A DNA stretch of 64,000 nucleotides from Paragordius varius (Eukaryota; Animalia; Nematomorpha), in contig OZ176056.1 of assembly GCA_964247055.1 (NCBI GenBank), positions 806,001-870,000 on the forward strand, in the 5' to 3' direction. Positions 13,277 through 36,900 of the stretch are shown here, one piece after another (positions within the stretch are counted from its first letter, which is position 1; every line of letters begins with the position of its first letter). The notes beneath the pieces are model-generated. The model saw nothing but the letters and a program-made list of their open reading frames with translations, was not told the DNA's origin and made no database searches. The translations under genes and the position numbers were made by a program.

Positions 13277-13294
13277 GTCATTTGCTAAGTCATT
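13277..13294 (-). promoter_or_regulatory. Candidate ARE/CNC-sMaf site upstream of peptide gene A
   Basis: Same 18-mer gtcatttgctaagtcatt as 11294-11311, conserved while the flanks have diverged. Confidence 0.45.
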
Positions 13295-14110
13295 GTTCAC
13301 AAATTGAATTTTATTTTTAGCCCATAGATTGCAAAAACGCATAAAAAGGGAGAATAGGCCTTTAGGAAACGTGCGTTTTCCCCTATATAGTTTATAATTT
13401 AAATGAACTATATTGTTTTGAAATTCAATCATATAACCTCTGATCAATTTAGTGTTTTGCTATGTTACAGAAAACCTTTTATTAAGGTAGGTCCATAATC
13501 TTTAAAGTTAGCACATTTAAATTTTGTAAAAATCCGGATTGAATTACAAAATTTAATTATCTGATGTCAGCATGATGAGTTTTTTCTTTATTCCATTCAA
13601 ATGTATATTTTTAGAAACAAAATTAGTATTTTTGGATTAAGGCCCAAGGATATTTCCATATTGCGGCTAAAAATAAATTTAATTTTTTTTCATTTTATAT
13701 TACAAATAAATTAAATTGATTAATAAATTAATTTTAGAATTTTTAGGCAAAAAATTTGAAATGGACCTGCTTTTAAAAAATCTATTTTGTCACTAAAATG
13801 GCGAAATTAGAATGGAACATTTGTGAAATAATTCCAAAAATATATTTTTCTAAAAAAATTTCATTCAATCAGGATAAATTTTTTTATTTTAATTTATTCA
13901 CATTTTACCATAAATGATTTGGTCCTCTCTCAAATATTTGTATTGAATTTATAATAACAAAATATCATAAAAAAATTCTTTGTTTGATAAATTATAACTG
14001 GGAAAACACGAAGAAACCACTTTAAATTTCTGAAAACATATAAAAGCGATTTTATATTGAGAAAGTTTCTTACGGGGTCCAGAAATTCCTAAGTTAAGAA
14101 AATTAATATA

Positions 14111-14442
14111 TACCATTTACAATTCAATTTCACCCTTGAACAATTCAAATTCACCCTCGAACAATTCAAATTCACCCTCAAATAAAATATATGTTTTTTA
14201 AGATTAAATATTACCTATATTTTATATATTTTTAAAAAATAAAAATTATGTTTTAAATTAAAATAATACTGAAAAAATAATAAACCATACCATAAACATA
14301 TATTTGATATTAATAATTAGTTATATTAGTTCGAAAAAACATAATTTATTTTTAGGGTGAATTTGAATTGTTCAAAGGTGAATTTGAATTGTTCGAAGGT
14401 GAATTTGAATTGTTCAAGGGTGAATTTGAACTGTAAATGGTA
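14111..14442. mobile_element. MITE family 1 (TA-flanked, TIR taccatttacaattcaaattcacc with ~20-bp internal subrepeats), representative copy
   Basis: Left end taccatttacaattc, right end gaactgtaaatggta, with 3-4 copies of gaacaattcaaattcaccct on each arm. Other copies at ~2985-3165, ~4190-4490, 27448-27747, 29985-30216, ~52445-52712, ~57355-57620 and ~58768-59011. Confidence 0.9.
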
Positions 14443-16517
14443 TATATATCAAAACGGTTTGTAAAATTTAAATTTTAAACAATACAATTTGTTTTCACAT
14501 TTGTCATTTAAATAAATTTGGGTTAAAATTATATATTATTCATAATAACATTTTCAAAGTAAGAGATCTTCTCCTAATTTATTGAGAAATAGTCTAAACT
14601 CTAAATGGAATCGATTACTCAAGCAGAATATCCGTTTTTTATTTTTTGAATTTTTTTAATTTATCAGACCAAATCTAAAAATCCTACATAGCTCTTCATA
14701 AAACTAAGTTTTAATTTTAAATCATTATTAGAAAGAATGATAAAAAAATTACATTCATGTTTTGACCTCTATAAAATTTATCAAATATCCTACTACAGTA
14801 TTCATATATTTATATATGAATCGGTGCTCTTTAAGACATTATGAATTTTCAGAATGGCCTAACTATTTCTCTTATATAGGCAGAGATTATAATTAAACGC
14901 TAAATTTATCATTTGTTTAAGCTCTACCCTGGGTTTAAATATGTCTTCACATAAATATACATAAAGTGCAACATATTATCTAATATATATTTAATAAAGT
15001 AAAAATGCAATTGTCATGGTGCTTTTGGTTCCTTTATTTAAACTTTTCTGCTGATAATTTAGCAACTATCTAGACTTTTTAAGTTTATAAAAACTAAGCC
15101 AAAATCATTTGAGCAAAAAATAAACTCTAACCGGGTTTTTACGGGAAAACTCTTCAGAACCGACCTTATTTGATTTAGAACCGTTTTTATTAAATAATAT
15201 GTCGAATCACACCATTTTATTACTTGAAAAATAACGCTTGATAGAATTTTTTAATATTTTCAACCTGTGTGATCTAATGCAATGTTATTTGCAAGCTATT
15301 ATAAACCATTTTTTTGATTTTGACTAACAAAATTTACAAATCACACAACTATTTATACGATGATTTCTGGGTATTTTGATTGGCTATTTAGAGTAAATAG
15401 CAACCATCAAAAAACCAAAATAGGAAGTTTCATTTACGGGTCTTTATTCGCCTTAAATATATTTTGATTATTAATTTGATTTTATGTAAGATTATTTCAA
15501 TTTTAAGACATCAACAATATGGATTAAATACAGCAAAGAAAATAAAAAACAATTTTCTTCAAAAGACAACCATAATTTTTTACTCATAATTTTTTTTAAA
15601 CGAAATGTCAATTAAATATAATGTTGCCAATTGTATAGCGGTTTCAAAGAAAAATTTCCCTTTTTAAGTTTTGTCTGTACAATTTCAATACTTATTGCTT
15701 TGCTTGACCTTTAAAAAATAGTCATATGAGATGTATGTTCAAACCAAATAACAGATTATTGTTTGATTTAATATGTAATTGAAAATATTTGTTGAATCCT
15801 TGCTTATAAAATGATGTTTAAACCAAATTTATTTAATTTGGAGAAAGGTTTTTGAATCTTATAGATAATGTTTCGCATATGGTCTAGAATTCTTATTTAA
15901 TTTAAATATTAGAAGTATAATAAATAGGGGTTTGTGTGGAGAATACAAGAGATAGAACTTTACAGCGCATTTTTCCATTTTCACTGTCAGCCATGGGCAG
16001 CGAGTGTTTAACTTTCTTATATCCTGATACAATTCTTATCTTTTCAGGAACCAAAGGTGTCCAACACGCGGCCCGCGAAAAATTATAATTTTCCAAAAAA
16101 TGCTCATGAATCTTAGTATAATTAATATTTCAACCTATAGAATTGGCAACGTACCAGAAAATTTGTTATATTGTGCTTGTATTTGACAGTTTTATGTTTC
16201 ATGTCTAATATATTTTATGCATCGCGAGAATCCTTTTGTGTTGAACACCCTTTTAAACTTTATATCTTTTACCCATTTGTCAACTAAAACCTTAATACAA
16301 GACTTTTTAAACAAAGATAATTTTTTGTCTGAGTATTGCCACATTTATTTATTGTTTTTGTTGATGGTTTTTGCATTACTCTATCAAACTAATGAAAATT
16401 ACAATACATATATATTATATAATTAGGGGTATTGACGAGCATGACAGAAAACATATAAAAATGGTTCAATCATAATCAGTGAATGAGTGAATGAATGACT
16501 GCACATCTGAAAGGAAC

Positions 16518-18274
16518 TTATCCATGATGGCGACCTCCATGATGCCGACCGCCATGATGTCGTCTGTGTCTTCTCCTCCTTCGTCTGCGTCCACATCTTC
16601 TTCTCCTTCTTCTGCGACGTCGTCTGCGTCCACCGTGATGGCCCCCACCATATCTGCATAGCAACGATTCAAATTAAATTTCATTTTTACAAAGGGTTTT
16701 TTTCAGCTGACAAAAAAAGATATTCAATATTCTCTATAATATAACCATGAATTAGCTGGTCAGAGCTGATTTGATCATTTGTTTAATATAAATATAACAT
16801 TGAATTTAATATATAATTAAACCCCAACATAAGCATTTAAAGACGCTTATGAATTTATACTTGGATTTAGTATTTAATATTTCAAAAAACCTTTTCTCTC
16901 GTTTTAGAGTTTCTCCAACGGCCCCTGGATATTCTAACAAGGCATCTATTTCATAATCTGCAAGGGAGCGTTTTTGTTGCACTAGTCCCGTTGAATCTTG
17001 ATCACCCAATTTTTGATCAGCTGATAAGCGGGAAAATAGATGGAGACATACGAAACCCAATAACTGCAAAAGTTTAAAAAATTATAGATTTTTAAAAAAA
17101 AAATTCTAGGTTTTTTTTCGATATCTTACTATATTAAATTCAGTGATAAGTGATTATAATTAACCATCTTTTTATATACGCGTGAGATATTTTAATATCT
17201 TTAAATTGATTTTTAAGCGTATATAAAAGGGTTTTACATTGTAATAAATTGCAAAATTTTAAGGGTGGCTACAAGGTTAATTAAATCATATATATTGTTT
17301 TAAAAAAAGTCTAGTCATGATTTGATATCGAATTTTAAACTTGTGTTTATAAGTATAATTTAACGCTCCATGAGCTTTTGCGGTAGTTTTTATCCCAGAG
17401 CGATTTGAAATTTAAATATCTCAAAAGTGTTTAAGGTATTAATCCGAATTTAAAAATATGCTTTCTTTAGCCTTTTAGGCGCATTTTACAAAATTCTTAT
17501 TAAAAAGTTAAATTGTAAAAAAATCATCATCTCAAATTTTTTCACCGCCATTTTTTTTAATTCATTTCAATTGTTAATACAATAGGCAGATAAATGTATA
17601 TTATGGTTAGAAAATGTAAAAATTATTTTTAGTAAGGTTTTAGTTTACATTTAATTAGCAAAAACTTGGTAATATTAAATTTATACGCTGTTTGTTTCAA
17701 TCAAGAGATGTCTTAAATTTAATTTCTAGAAGTCACAAAAGGGTAAAAATATTAGTTTTATTAAGTACAGGACAACTATGTTTGAAAATTAATATTACTA
17801 ATATAATTGTAAAAACAATAGTTTATTTAAGATATTGACCTCTGGAATATAAAACCCCCAACATGTCATCGCGGACAAAAAAGTGAAAAGGTCATTAAGT
17901 GTAAAAGACAAAAATACAAAAACAATCCGCAACTTAAAAAGTTAACTCTCAATTTTGCAATAAATTTAGTATGTTTAAATTTTAACTCTACATGGGGTAT
18001 GATATACAAAACGGGTTTCTCAACCATTGTAAACGGCTCTAAAAGTTTTGACTATTCTGAATAGAAAGAAGCAATTATAAATTTGGTTGTGATTAAAAAT
18101 TGACATACAACCTTTAAGTTGCGACTTTATATAGCTAAATAAACTTCCGAAAGATTGTTTAAAAATATTTATCGGATTCCGATCAACATCATTTAAAACA
18201 TTGCCAAAATAAAATTTATAAAAGCAAAAAATGAATATTACCAGTCCTATCGTCAGCACCGATTTGTATTTCAT
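16518..18274 (-). CDS. Arg/His/Gly-rich secreted prepropeptide, paralog C (113 aa)
   Basis: Exons 18274-18242 (MKYKSVLTIGL, donor gtaata), 17063-16891 (LLGFVCLHLFSRLSADQK...QQKRSLADYEIDALLEYPGAVGETLKREK, donor gttttt) and 16653-16518 (acceptor atgcag; R-YGGGHHGG-R11-CG-R7-HRRHHGGRHHGGRHHG*). Phases match; LEYP and REKR are shared with paralogs A and B. Confidence 0.85.
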
Positions 18275-21200
18275 TTCTGAAAGTTTTTGCCCAGATAACC
18301 GTCGATAATGATATCAAGATCACCAAAAATTTGGAAACAAAAAATTATTTTTAAAAAACTTTCCAAGGGGCGTTAACTATTTATACCAAGGCATGAATTT
18401 ACAAAATTTTATACCGTTTTGACCTTAGACTTAACTTTTAAAACATATTTTATTATTTATGGACTAAATTATTATTTATGGAGCTATTTTTAACCCTTTT
18501 TAAAAACTCCATAAGTGTCAATATTTTGACACTCTCATTGTGTGACTACTTAAATTATAAAATGCTTATCTTGCTTAAATTTTTATATTAATTTTGTCCA
18601 ATCATAATATCGGAATAATATATTTTAAAAATAGGTTTTCAAATATGTTTGTTTTAGGGAAAACGCCTCTAAATATGTCTTTTGTTTGTTTAATAATTAA
18701 AATTCTTATAAAAAAAGGAATTAGGCAGTTTTTTTTTATAAAATCTGCATAAATTAAAAAATTCATTTATCATGATGTGTGCACAATGATTGCGGTTTTT
18801 ACATCAACTCGAGAAAAAACCCCTAAAGTTTAAATTTTTTATATTTATATGATGAAAATTGAAGAGCAATAGCTTATGATTGTCAATTTTTTTGTCAAAG
18901 ACAAAAAAATACCTCAAAATATTAATTTTGATGTACCTTCATCTTTTAAAATCATAAAAGATATAAAAATGATTTTTATAAGATGTAGCGAAACCCTATT
19001 CGATTGCAGTAAAAATTGAAATTTTCGGGACAAAACGTAAAAATAGAAAAGCAAACATTGTTTCTAGAAGGCAAACATACTCTTTAAATCTCGTTTTGAC
19101 ACTGTGAAAAAATGTTTTAATTTTATTTCTTCATAAGATAGCTTCTAACCAGCTAATACGTTTGCCGCAAAAATTTTAATTTGTTAATGATCTATTTTTG
19201 GAATATTTAGCCAAAATCAATTGGGCAAAAAGTGAAAATTAAATATTATGATAATTTATTAAAATAATGATAAACCTTGCGATATTTTATCAGTTATTTA
19301 CATTTAAAAATAGCGTAAATCATATAATCAGGGTTTTTATTAATCAGATCAAAAATCATGTTTTTCCTTATAATACTTACGCACAAGATTTGTATATGAA
19401 AATATAGTAAAATAAATATTTTTATTTACTAGCTAAACTCACTATTAAAATCTTAACATTCATATTTTATACAGTAAAAATAACTTAAAAATAATAAAAT
19501 ATTGATTTTATTTTATTTTATTTTTTGTCATCTGGTTTATGAGTGCGTAATAATTTGGTGTTGGGTTTTGGAATTTTAAAGCTCGAAATACATAGTCTAT
19601 AAGTTAATACAAAATCGGATTTTCAAGTAATGGAATATCAGCCAAAAATCCGTACCAAACCCAAGTAACAGGTTAGACAATTAATATTTTCACTGGATTT
19701 GTATGGATTTTTGGTTAATATTGCACTTGTAGATCCCTAGTTTGTAATTTATATTAAAATTCCCGCTCATGTAAAATTCCAAAAAACAAAAAAGTTATTA
19801 TCTCTTATATATCAGATGACAAAATAATGAAAAATATTTTATTATTTTTATTTTAAATAAGTTTATTTTACTGTATTAAATATGATTGTGTGAGTATAGC
19901 TAGTTAATAACTAAGAAAAATATTTTACTAAAAACAATTTGTGTATTGAGTATTTTAAACCGATTATTTGATCTATGTTTTAATATAAACGACTATCTGG
20001 CTATTTAAGTATCATTATCACATAAAATGATAATTTAATATATGAAGTTTTATAATTCGCTTTATCATCCTTAATTTTTGCCGATTTTCTCTCAATATTT
20101 CAAAAACTAATTAATCATAAAAAAATTTTGTTAAAATAATTGACATATTTTTTGCACACTTGCAGAGTATAAAATTGATATGTAATTAGTAACACAATCA
20201 ATTATGTGTTTTACGATTGACATAAAATAATTATAGGATAAATTAAGTTTTTAATAAACTATGGTAGTTCTTTGAAAAAAAATTGTCTCTAGATATGTAT
20301 TGACGTTTAGTCCTTAATGTATCCCCCCAATATAAATCTCTATACTTTTAAAACCTTAATCAGAGCTTTGCTTCCTTAACTTAAATGGATTAGTCATATG
20401 GTTATTTTTTTGTGACTACATATAAAAAAGTGTAAATAACGCGAGGGATTTATAAAAAACACAATGATTATCATGTTGCTCCATAAATATATAATGGTTT
20501 TTTTAAATTCTAATCAACCTATGGAACCGAGTTCCGGGTTAGGTTCGAAGTATAAAGATTTATCTAACAGTTTCAGAGCTTAGAGTCATCAAAAAACGTT
20601 TGTTAGATATTTGCATATATAAATATTTTCCAAACCAATCGCATATTTTATAAAAACATTTATTTGTATTTTTTAAATTTCTTACATTAAAAAAACTTAA
20701 ATAGTAGTTGTGAAAAATCATAAAATCTAATAATTATAATTAATTCAAAATTTGATTAAATTGTTTTAACAGAATAATACAAAATTGCTATAATCCTTAT
20801 TGAAAAGCATTGATGTATTTAGCTGTTAATCGGTATGTTTTAGAACTTCAAATTTAGTTAAGTTTAACAATTTACTAGATAGCGTACTGTGTTTATGTAT
20901 TTAATATTGGACATTCATAAATTTTCCTTAGAAATGGAAGTTTAATTTACAAAAATAATATCTGGAAGACATTGATCTTAGAGTTACAGTATGCATTTTG
21001 ATGATTGCTTATTTTAATCACACTATAGTAGGGCAATTTGCAACACAATATTATATGGAAAAAAGAAAAGAAATAATTGTTTATTCAACATTTTGTTGCT
21101 TTTTCCATACACTAATGTGTTGCCCCACTATAAAGTGAAATAAGCAATTTAAAATGCATACTATAAAAATATTTTATTTAAGGTTTAACTTTATTGTAAC

Positions 21201-23674
21201 TGTTGATTGAGGGTCATTAAAAACAGGTTTCAGTATTGTCTTTCTTAAATATATAAAGACTTTAATTGTTGCCGATAAATTTAAACTGTTATTAATATGA
21301 TTTTTAAGCTATATATTTTCATAAGCGTTTTGCTTGATATTTTTATTTAAAGGAAATTGTTAGGTTTTGTGGAATTTTTCACAATTCTAGGCTTTTAAAT
21401 TTATTAAGGCACCATTTCATGATTTGCCAATATTTTTTGTAAGCCTTGTCGTTTTCTGTAAACCACTAATCTAATTTATCAACAGTTTTATTTTTCCATA
21501 TATTTTATATCACGAAACAATCATATCCTAGTTGATTATATATATTTCATTTATTTATTTTAGGGCAGTTTAAGTAGAGCATATGTTATACAACTCGGGT
21601 TTTTAATTTTTAAATAGTCCTATATGTATCAACTTATGCCAAAATAATTTTTACATCTTGGACCAAAATTTTTTAAAAATTGTAAATAGAATTTCGATTA
21701 TAATTTGGATACCAAATTCTCGATACACAGTTTGAATTAAAATTATCTTGAAAATAATCTAACATGGAACAAAGAGGACGTTGTTGGTGTTTTTGTCTAA
21801 TTTTCTAAAGTTATCGGAAAAATAATGTAAATATTGACTTTTAAAATAATTTTAATTGTGGGGCAGAGTTGACGCAATAGAATAAAAATAAAAAGTAATA
21901 GCACTAATATATATATATATATTAAAATATAATAAAAAATTGTTCTAACAAAATCTTTTTTAGCCCGTCAAAATGGGAGTTTTTTGAAAATATGAAGAAT
22001 GCCGACTTAGCGCCATAACAAATATTAATATATCTTATCTAACACCAAAGAAAGTGTTGTTTATCGTATACGGATTTAGACCACTCATAAAAATACACTC
22101 TCTTTACAATCGATAGTGCTAAAAAATTCTATAAACTCAGATAAAATTTGTAGATTTTGGGGATTTTTCTTTGGAAAATTAAATTTATATTTGAACTACG
22201 ATAGAGGGGCAATAATATGATGAAATATATGAACAGTATCCACAAAACAACATACTGATGAAATATATTTTCATATAAAAAAATGATCGATTTTGGTATT
22301 TTCGTTTTGGCTCTTATGAGTGTTTTAAAAAGTTATTAACACTTTTGTGTTAAGTGCTATGTGCACATTTTTTTAAATATTTTTTTGTGAAAACTTCTTT
22401 CAAAAAAATATCACTAAAATATATCAGAAGCTACATATAAAGTTAAACAATATATTTAATTATTTAGATGTGGGCTCTGAAACTTCAAAAATTTCTGCCC
22501 GTCGAAATAAGCCAAATCCTCTTTAGATAAAAGAAAGACTGAGATTGCGTGATAACAATTAACTAAATTTTGTATGAAAAAAACACTTATTCCATATAGT
22601 TATATATGATGCTAAACATTTCTAATACCTAAAAATTTGATTGAAATATTTGTTCGTTTTCAAATTTACTTTAATTAATTGTGTTTTTTTATAAGATTCA
22701 TCCAAATATGAGAGCAAAAAACCTTTGAAATAAAATCGGTTAGAGCCGTTTAGAAGTATTGAATGAAAATGTGTCTATCTTAAAGCGTTTTTATAATGTA
22801 TAATATACCTACGCAACAAAATTTGCTAAAAATTAAATTTTAAAACAATTTTAATTTCAGAAAAACGGTCTATTTATATAAAATTATTTCCATGGGAATG
22901 TTTGCGTTTATTTAAAAGAGCTACAGGGGAAAAGGAATAATTAAATTTTATAAAAATTTGGTTTACTTTTTATATGTCGTTTATGAAACATTTTCCTGAT
23001 TTTTTGGGAAGCATTTACTCTAACCAAAAAAATTTATTAGCTTAAATGCCATTTTCTGATATGGAGAAGTTACCAAAAAAACGTAAAAGACTTTCTTAAA
23101 TGTAAGAGCCAAAACTAAAAGCCCTATGATAATCTTCGTTCATTTTTCTATTGAATATATAATATTTCGTCAGTATTTTTATGTAGACAAAACGCTATAA
23201 GTTTTCAACATAAATTTTAGGCGCAGAAAAAAATTTGACATAATATTTAATGTTTTTTAACCGTTCCCCAACGCATTATTTATACTATAAAAAACGTTTT
23301 AAAAAAATTTAAAACTCTTCTCATACATTTATAATATAAAAATTTGCGATATCTCGATGGTTTACGTTTGTTTTAGAATTAATAAATTTACGAGGGGTCC
23401 CAAAATTCAAAATTTATGGGCCTCTTTTTAAAAAATTACCTGGCCATATGTCCGCTAATTTTTATAAACAATTTGTAAGCAGCAAAAATTAAATTAAAAC
23501 ATATTTCCTTAGCTTGAACAAAAAATTTTATTGACTTTTTTTACCAAAAAATATTGTTTATATATACTGAATTTAAATAATAAATGAATAAATATATTAA
23601 GTGGTTAGTTTGTTGCTTTTCAACCCATGCCTTTTTCTCGTTTGAATTTTGGATTTTAAAAAGTACAGCTAAAG

Positions 23675-33276
<9,602 letters not shown>

Positions 33277-33922
33277 TTTTTTAGAATAAATATATTTTAA
33301 AATACTGTGTAAAAATATTTCCTAGTTTTTTCCCCTCAACATTACTCAAAATGTATGCAAATAATCATGATCCAATATATATGTATATATAAATTTGATT
33401 AGTTAATTTTCTGTGGTGATAAATATGTACTTTTCCATTATATATAAATGTTTGGGCGTTTTATTAAATATTTTAGGGTCTGTATAATTTTTAACCTTAA
33501 TAATAAAGAATTTGGTTAATAAATACAATATAATAATTTTAAAGTCATATTGCCGCGTTACTTTTAAAAAATTTTCCAAATAGCAGTATTAACCTATTAT
33601 AATTCTCTAAAGTATTCATTTGCCATATATTATAGCCTAAGTTTAATGCTAAATATAAATCCTTCATTCATGTTGTTTGAAGCAAATTAGGTAATTGGAT
33701 ACAATACGATAGGAGATTTTTTAAAATTACATATAATATAATCAATTTATTTGCCTAGCATACAATCCGATGAACATTATAAAATCATGCAATGTGGATC
33801 ACAAATGAGCAACCATATATGTATAAAAGAAACTTTGATAGTTTCAAAAAAAAAGTTTTATATTACGGCAACATCACACAAATATAAAGAATACATATAA
33901 ATAATTGGAGTATGTCATAAAT

Positions 33923-36900
33923 TCAATTATTAAATGGGCTTGTTTGAGTATCCGAATAATTCAATTTTTGCATTTCCTTTCAGGTTAAATATTTGATATG
34001 GCATAATTTTATCACAAAAACTCAGATTGATACATTTTAAATTTTTCAAATAAATAAATTTAGGTTCCGTATTTTGCTTTGTTGTGAGTTGATGATGTTT
34101 TTCCCTTTATTTTGTCCATTTCCTAAAATATAGCATAACAATAAAAAAAAATATGAAACATAGACAAATATTTTTTCAAAGGACAGCCACCATTTTTAAA
34201 ATTTATTAAACCATTTATTTTTAAAATTAAAATATATAATTACCAATTTACAATTCTAATCTTTTCTATGTTAAAGAAATCGATTAAAAAATATGATAGA
34301 TAGTCTTTTGTTTATGTTTATATTTTTTGTATCTATAATTTCAAGTTTCCTCCAAATAAATAAACCATATAAATTAAACCTTAATATTTTAAATAAGCTA
34401 CTCGTTTTATGAAAAATAGAATATATATATATATATATCTATTCATATTATATTCGCAATTGTTATCTTGTTAGTTTTAAAAATCAAGGATTCAAAATAA
34501 CCTTCATAAGTATCGTTTTTTAATTGTTTTATAATAAAACGCAAAATTTTCAAATTTAATGTTAAAACTTCTTTCATGCATTTCCCTAGAAAAGATGGGT
34601 TTGGAGTGACCACTACTCCGGCAGCTTGTAAGGCTTCAATCTTAGTTTTCGCATTTCCACCGGAACCTATATGTTTCAAAATTAATTATAAAATTTGATA
34701 AAATATTTTTGAAAAATTATTTTTAAAAGTTTAACATAAAATATTTAGATAAGAAATGGATCATCATTAAACTGTAAAGTTAGCGGTTTAAATCCCAAGA
34801 TAATTTGACTTTTTTATGGATTAACCGTGAACTATAAACGATTATCAAATATAAAGCTAATTATACAATTTCTGAACACAAACAATAAAATCAAATTATT
34901 TTAAAAGCTTTATTAGTTTGTGGCTAACAAGATTTTAAATTTATTATTTTTCTTATTTTAAGTGTAGTTAATTAAAGGATTATCTCATTAAAATCCAAAA
35001 ATTGAAAAGTATTAATATAAAAAAGTGAAATTAACTCATTAATGATTTTTATTTATTGAGATACTCTTATTAATAAGAAGGGCTATTTAGTACATATCAA
35101 TTTTTCCATTAATTTAAAACAAATTATCAATCTTTTTGCTTCACCGCAGACCTTTGTAAAAATGTAAGCTAAATGTTATTTCGAATCTTTATTTTTAAAA
35201 TAGAGCTCTCTACAAGGGGTAGGTTACCTCCTTGTTAGGAAAAAAAACCATTAAAGGTTTAATTTTATGATGATTACCATATAATCAAAAAAAAGGTATT
35301 TTAAATTATTTACATATCCTAACCCCTAAACATCTTACCATACTGACACTAAAACTCCTAAAATAAACTAAACAAATATATATAAAATTATTGTAAAAAA
35401 ACCGTATAAATTTGATAAAAAAAGTTTTCCTTACCAGAAGCACTAACTATTGCACCAGCATGTCCCATCCGCCTCCCAGGGGGAGCAGTTAAACCCGCTA
35501 TGAAAGAAACTACGGGTTTTGGGTTATGACCCTATGTAATATAAATATAATCATCATGATATTTTTATACGGTAAAATTGAAATTATACAGATAATGACA
35601 AAGCATTAAAACACAATTTTCGTTTCAAAAGAACTGTGTTCTAATGGCATTTAAATTTAACTGTCAATTTGCCGGCAATGTTTGTACATTATTACGTTTT
35701 TACATGCAGAGCAAAGAATAAAATCATATCCAACATTTAGTCCGCAAACTCCGCATGGTTGGTTATTTAATTTCATTGTGTAGTTCTCGTCTGATATACG
35801 AATTTTACTTTTATTTTCATTAATTTCGAATTCAAATTCGGTCAGCTGTTGTTGACATTGTATAAACATTTTTTCAAGGTCTGATATCGAGGTAATCACT
35901 CTATTATCTACATATAGAATTTCATATGGCAAATTTAACCGAATATCGCGTGCAACCGCGTCTAATATTGTAATAAACAGCAAAGGGCATAAGGCTAATC
36001 CCTGATGGAGTCCTACTTTAACTTCAAGGGAATGTTTTGGGATTTTATTGGAGAAGAAACATATTACATTAAATTAATTGTTCATTAACGTTATTAATTT
36101 GCAAAAACATTACTGGCAATTTTCTTAACAGTTAAGATTCGAATGCGACTTAAGTATTCATCATTCAACGGTTCTACCAATTAAGCACATTGCTCTTAAT
36201 AACTCAAGCATTGAAGTTAGAAACTATGGGTGGAATGAATAAAAAATAGGAAACCCTTTAAGTGTTTCCTATGCTCACTTTTTCAAAGAAAGGGCTTCCT
36301 TATAATTCATATAAAAAACACATCTGATTAACTCTCGAGTTTCCTTAAACCATGCCTAAAACCGATATAAATATAGCTAAAGAAAAACTAATAGCCCTTC
36401 TACTAAAGTAACCTATTTAATATTTTAGATATCCCATAGTTTTAAATAAATCTATGGTGCCGTATGTTGTAATTCAAAAAAAAGCCTATAAAAATCTTCG
36501 AAATTTGTTGACAGAAACAAAGAATTATTATGAGATAGATTAGATAAAAAGCGATAGATATGAAAACTTCAATCAAAAAAATATGATTTAAATATTACAG
36601 GAAACGTTGTCATAAAAGATCGCACGAACTCGAAGGAAATTTTCCTAAATTCTTTATCACAAAAAATCGCACAGAATCGGAAGAATTTTAAATTATTATG
36701 ACAATCTAATCCACATTTTATGATATTAAATAATATATAGATTAAAGTTTATTTAAACATTTTTTTATGATAAAATAATAGTTTTTATACAAATTATCAT
36801 TTGACAAGAATCATATAAGAAACTGATTGACTTTATATTTTTGAAGCTTGCATACAATAAGAAATGAGATTTGTTAAAAAGTTCACCCCAAAAACTAGCT

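Noticed and set aside
14111-14442. CRISPR-like look of the ~20-bp repeats gaacaattcaaattcaccct
   Set aside because: The repeats are contiguous with no unique spacers, are mirrored on both arms of a TIR element, and lie in a eukaryotic genome with no cas genes.
16423-16684. ORF-track proteins MQIWWGPS... and acidic MKFNLNRC...DADDVAEE
   Set aside because: These are the two alternative frames of the Arg-rich exon. Only the third frame is phase-compatible with the upstream REK-AG donor and completes the shared REKR site.
18020-18241. Continuation of ORF MKYKSVLTIGLVIFIF... as a single-exon protein
   Set aside because: A gtaata donor after codon 11 joins in phase to the LLGFVC exon, matching paralog A's 33-nt first exon. 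The rest is AT-rich intron-like sequence.
18300-23600. Possible gene in the 5-kb gap before DKC1 (likewise 56600-61300)
   Set aside because: No run of phase-compatible exons or recognisable motif was found; only AT-rich sequence and repeat fragments.
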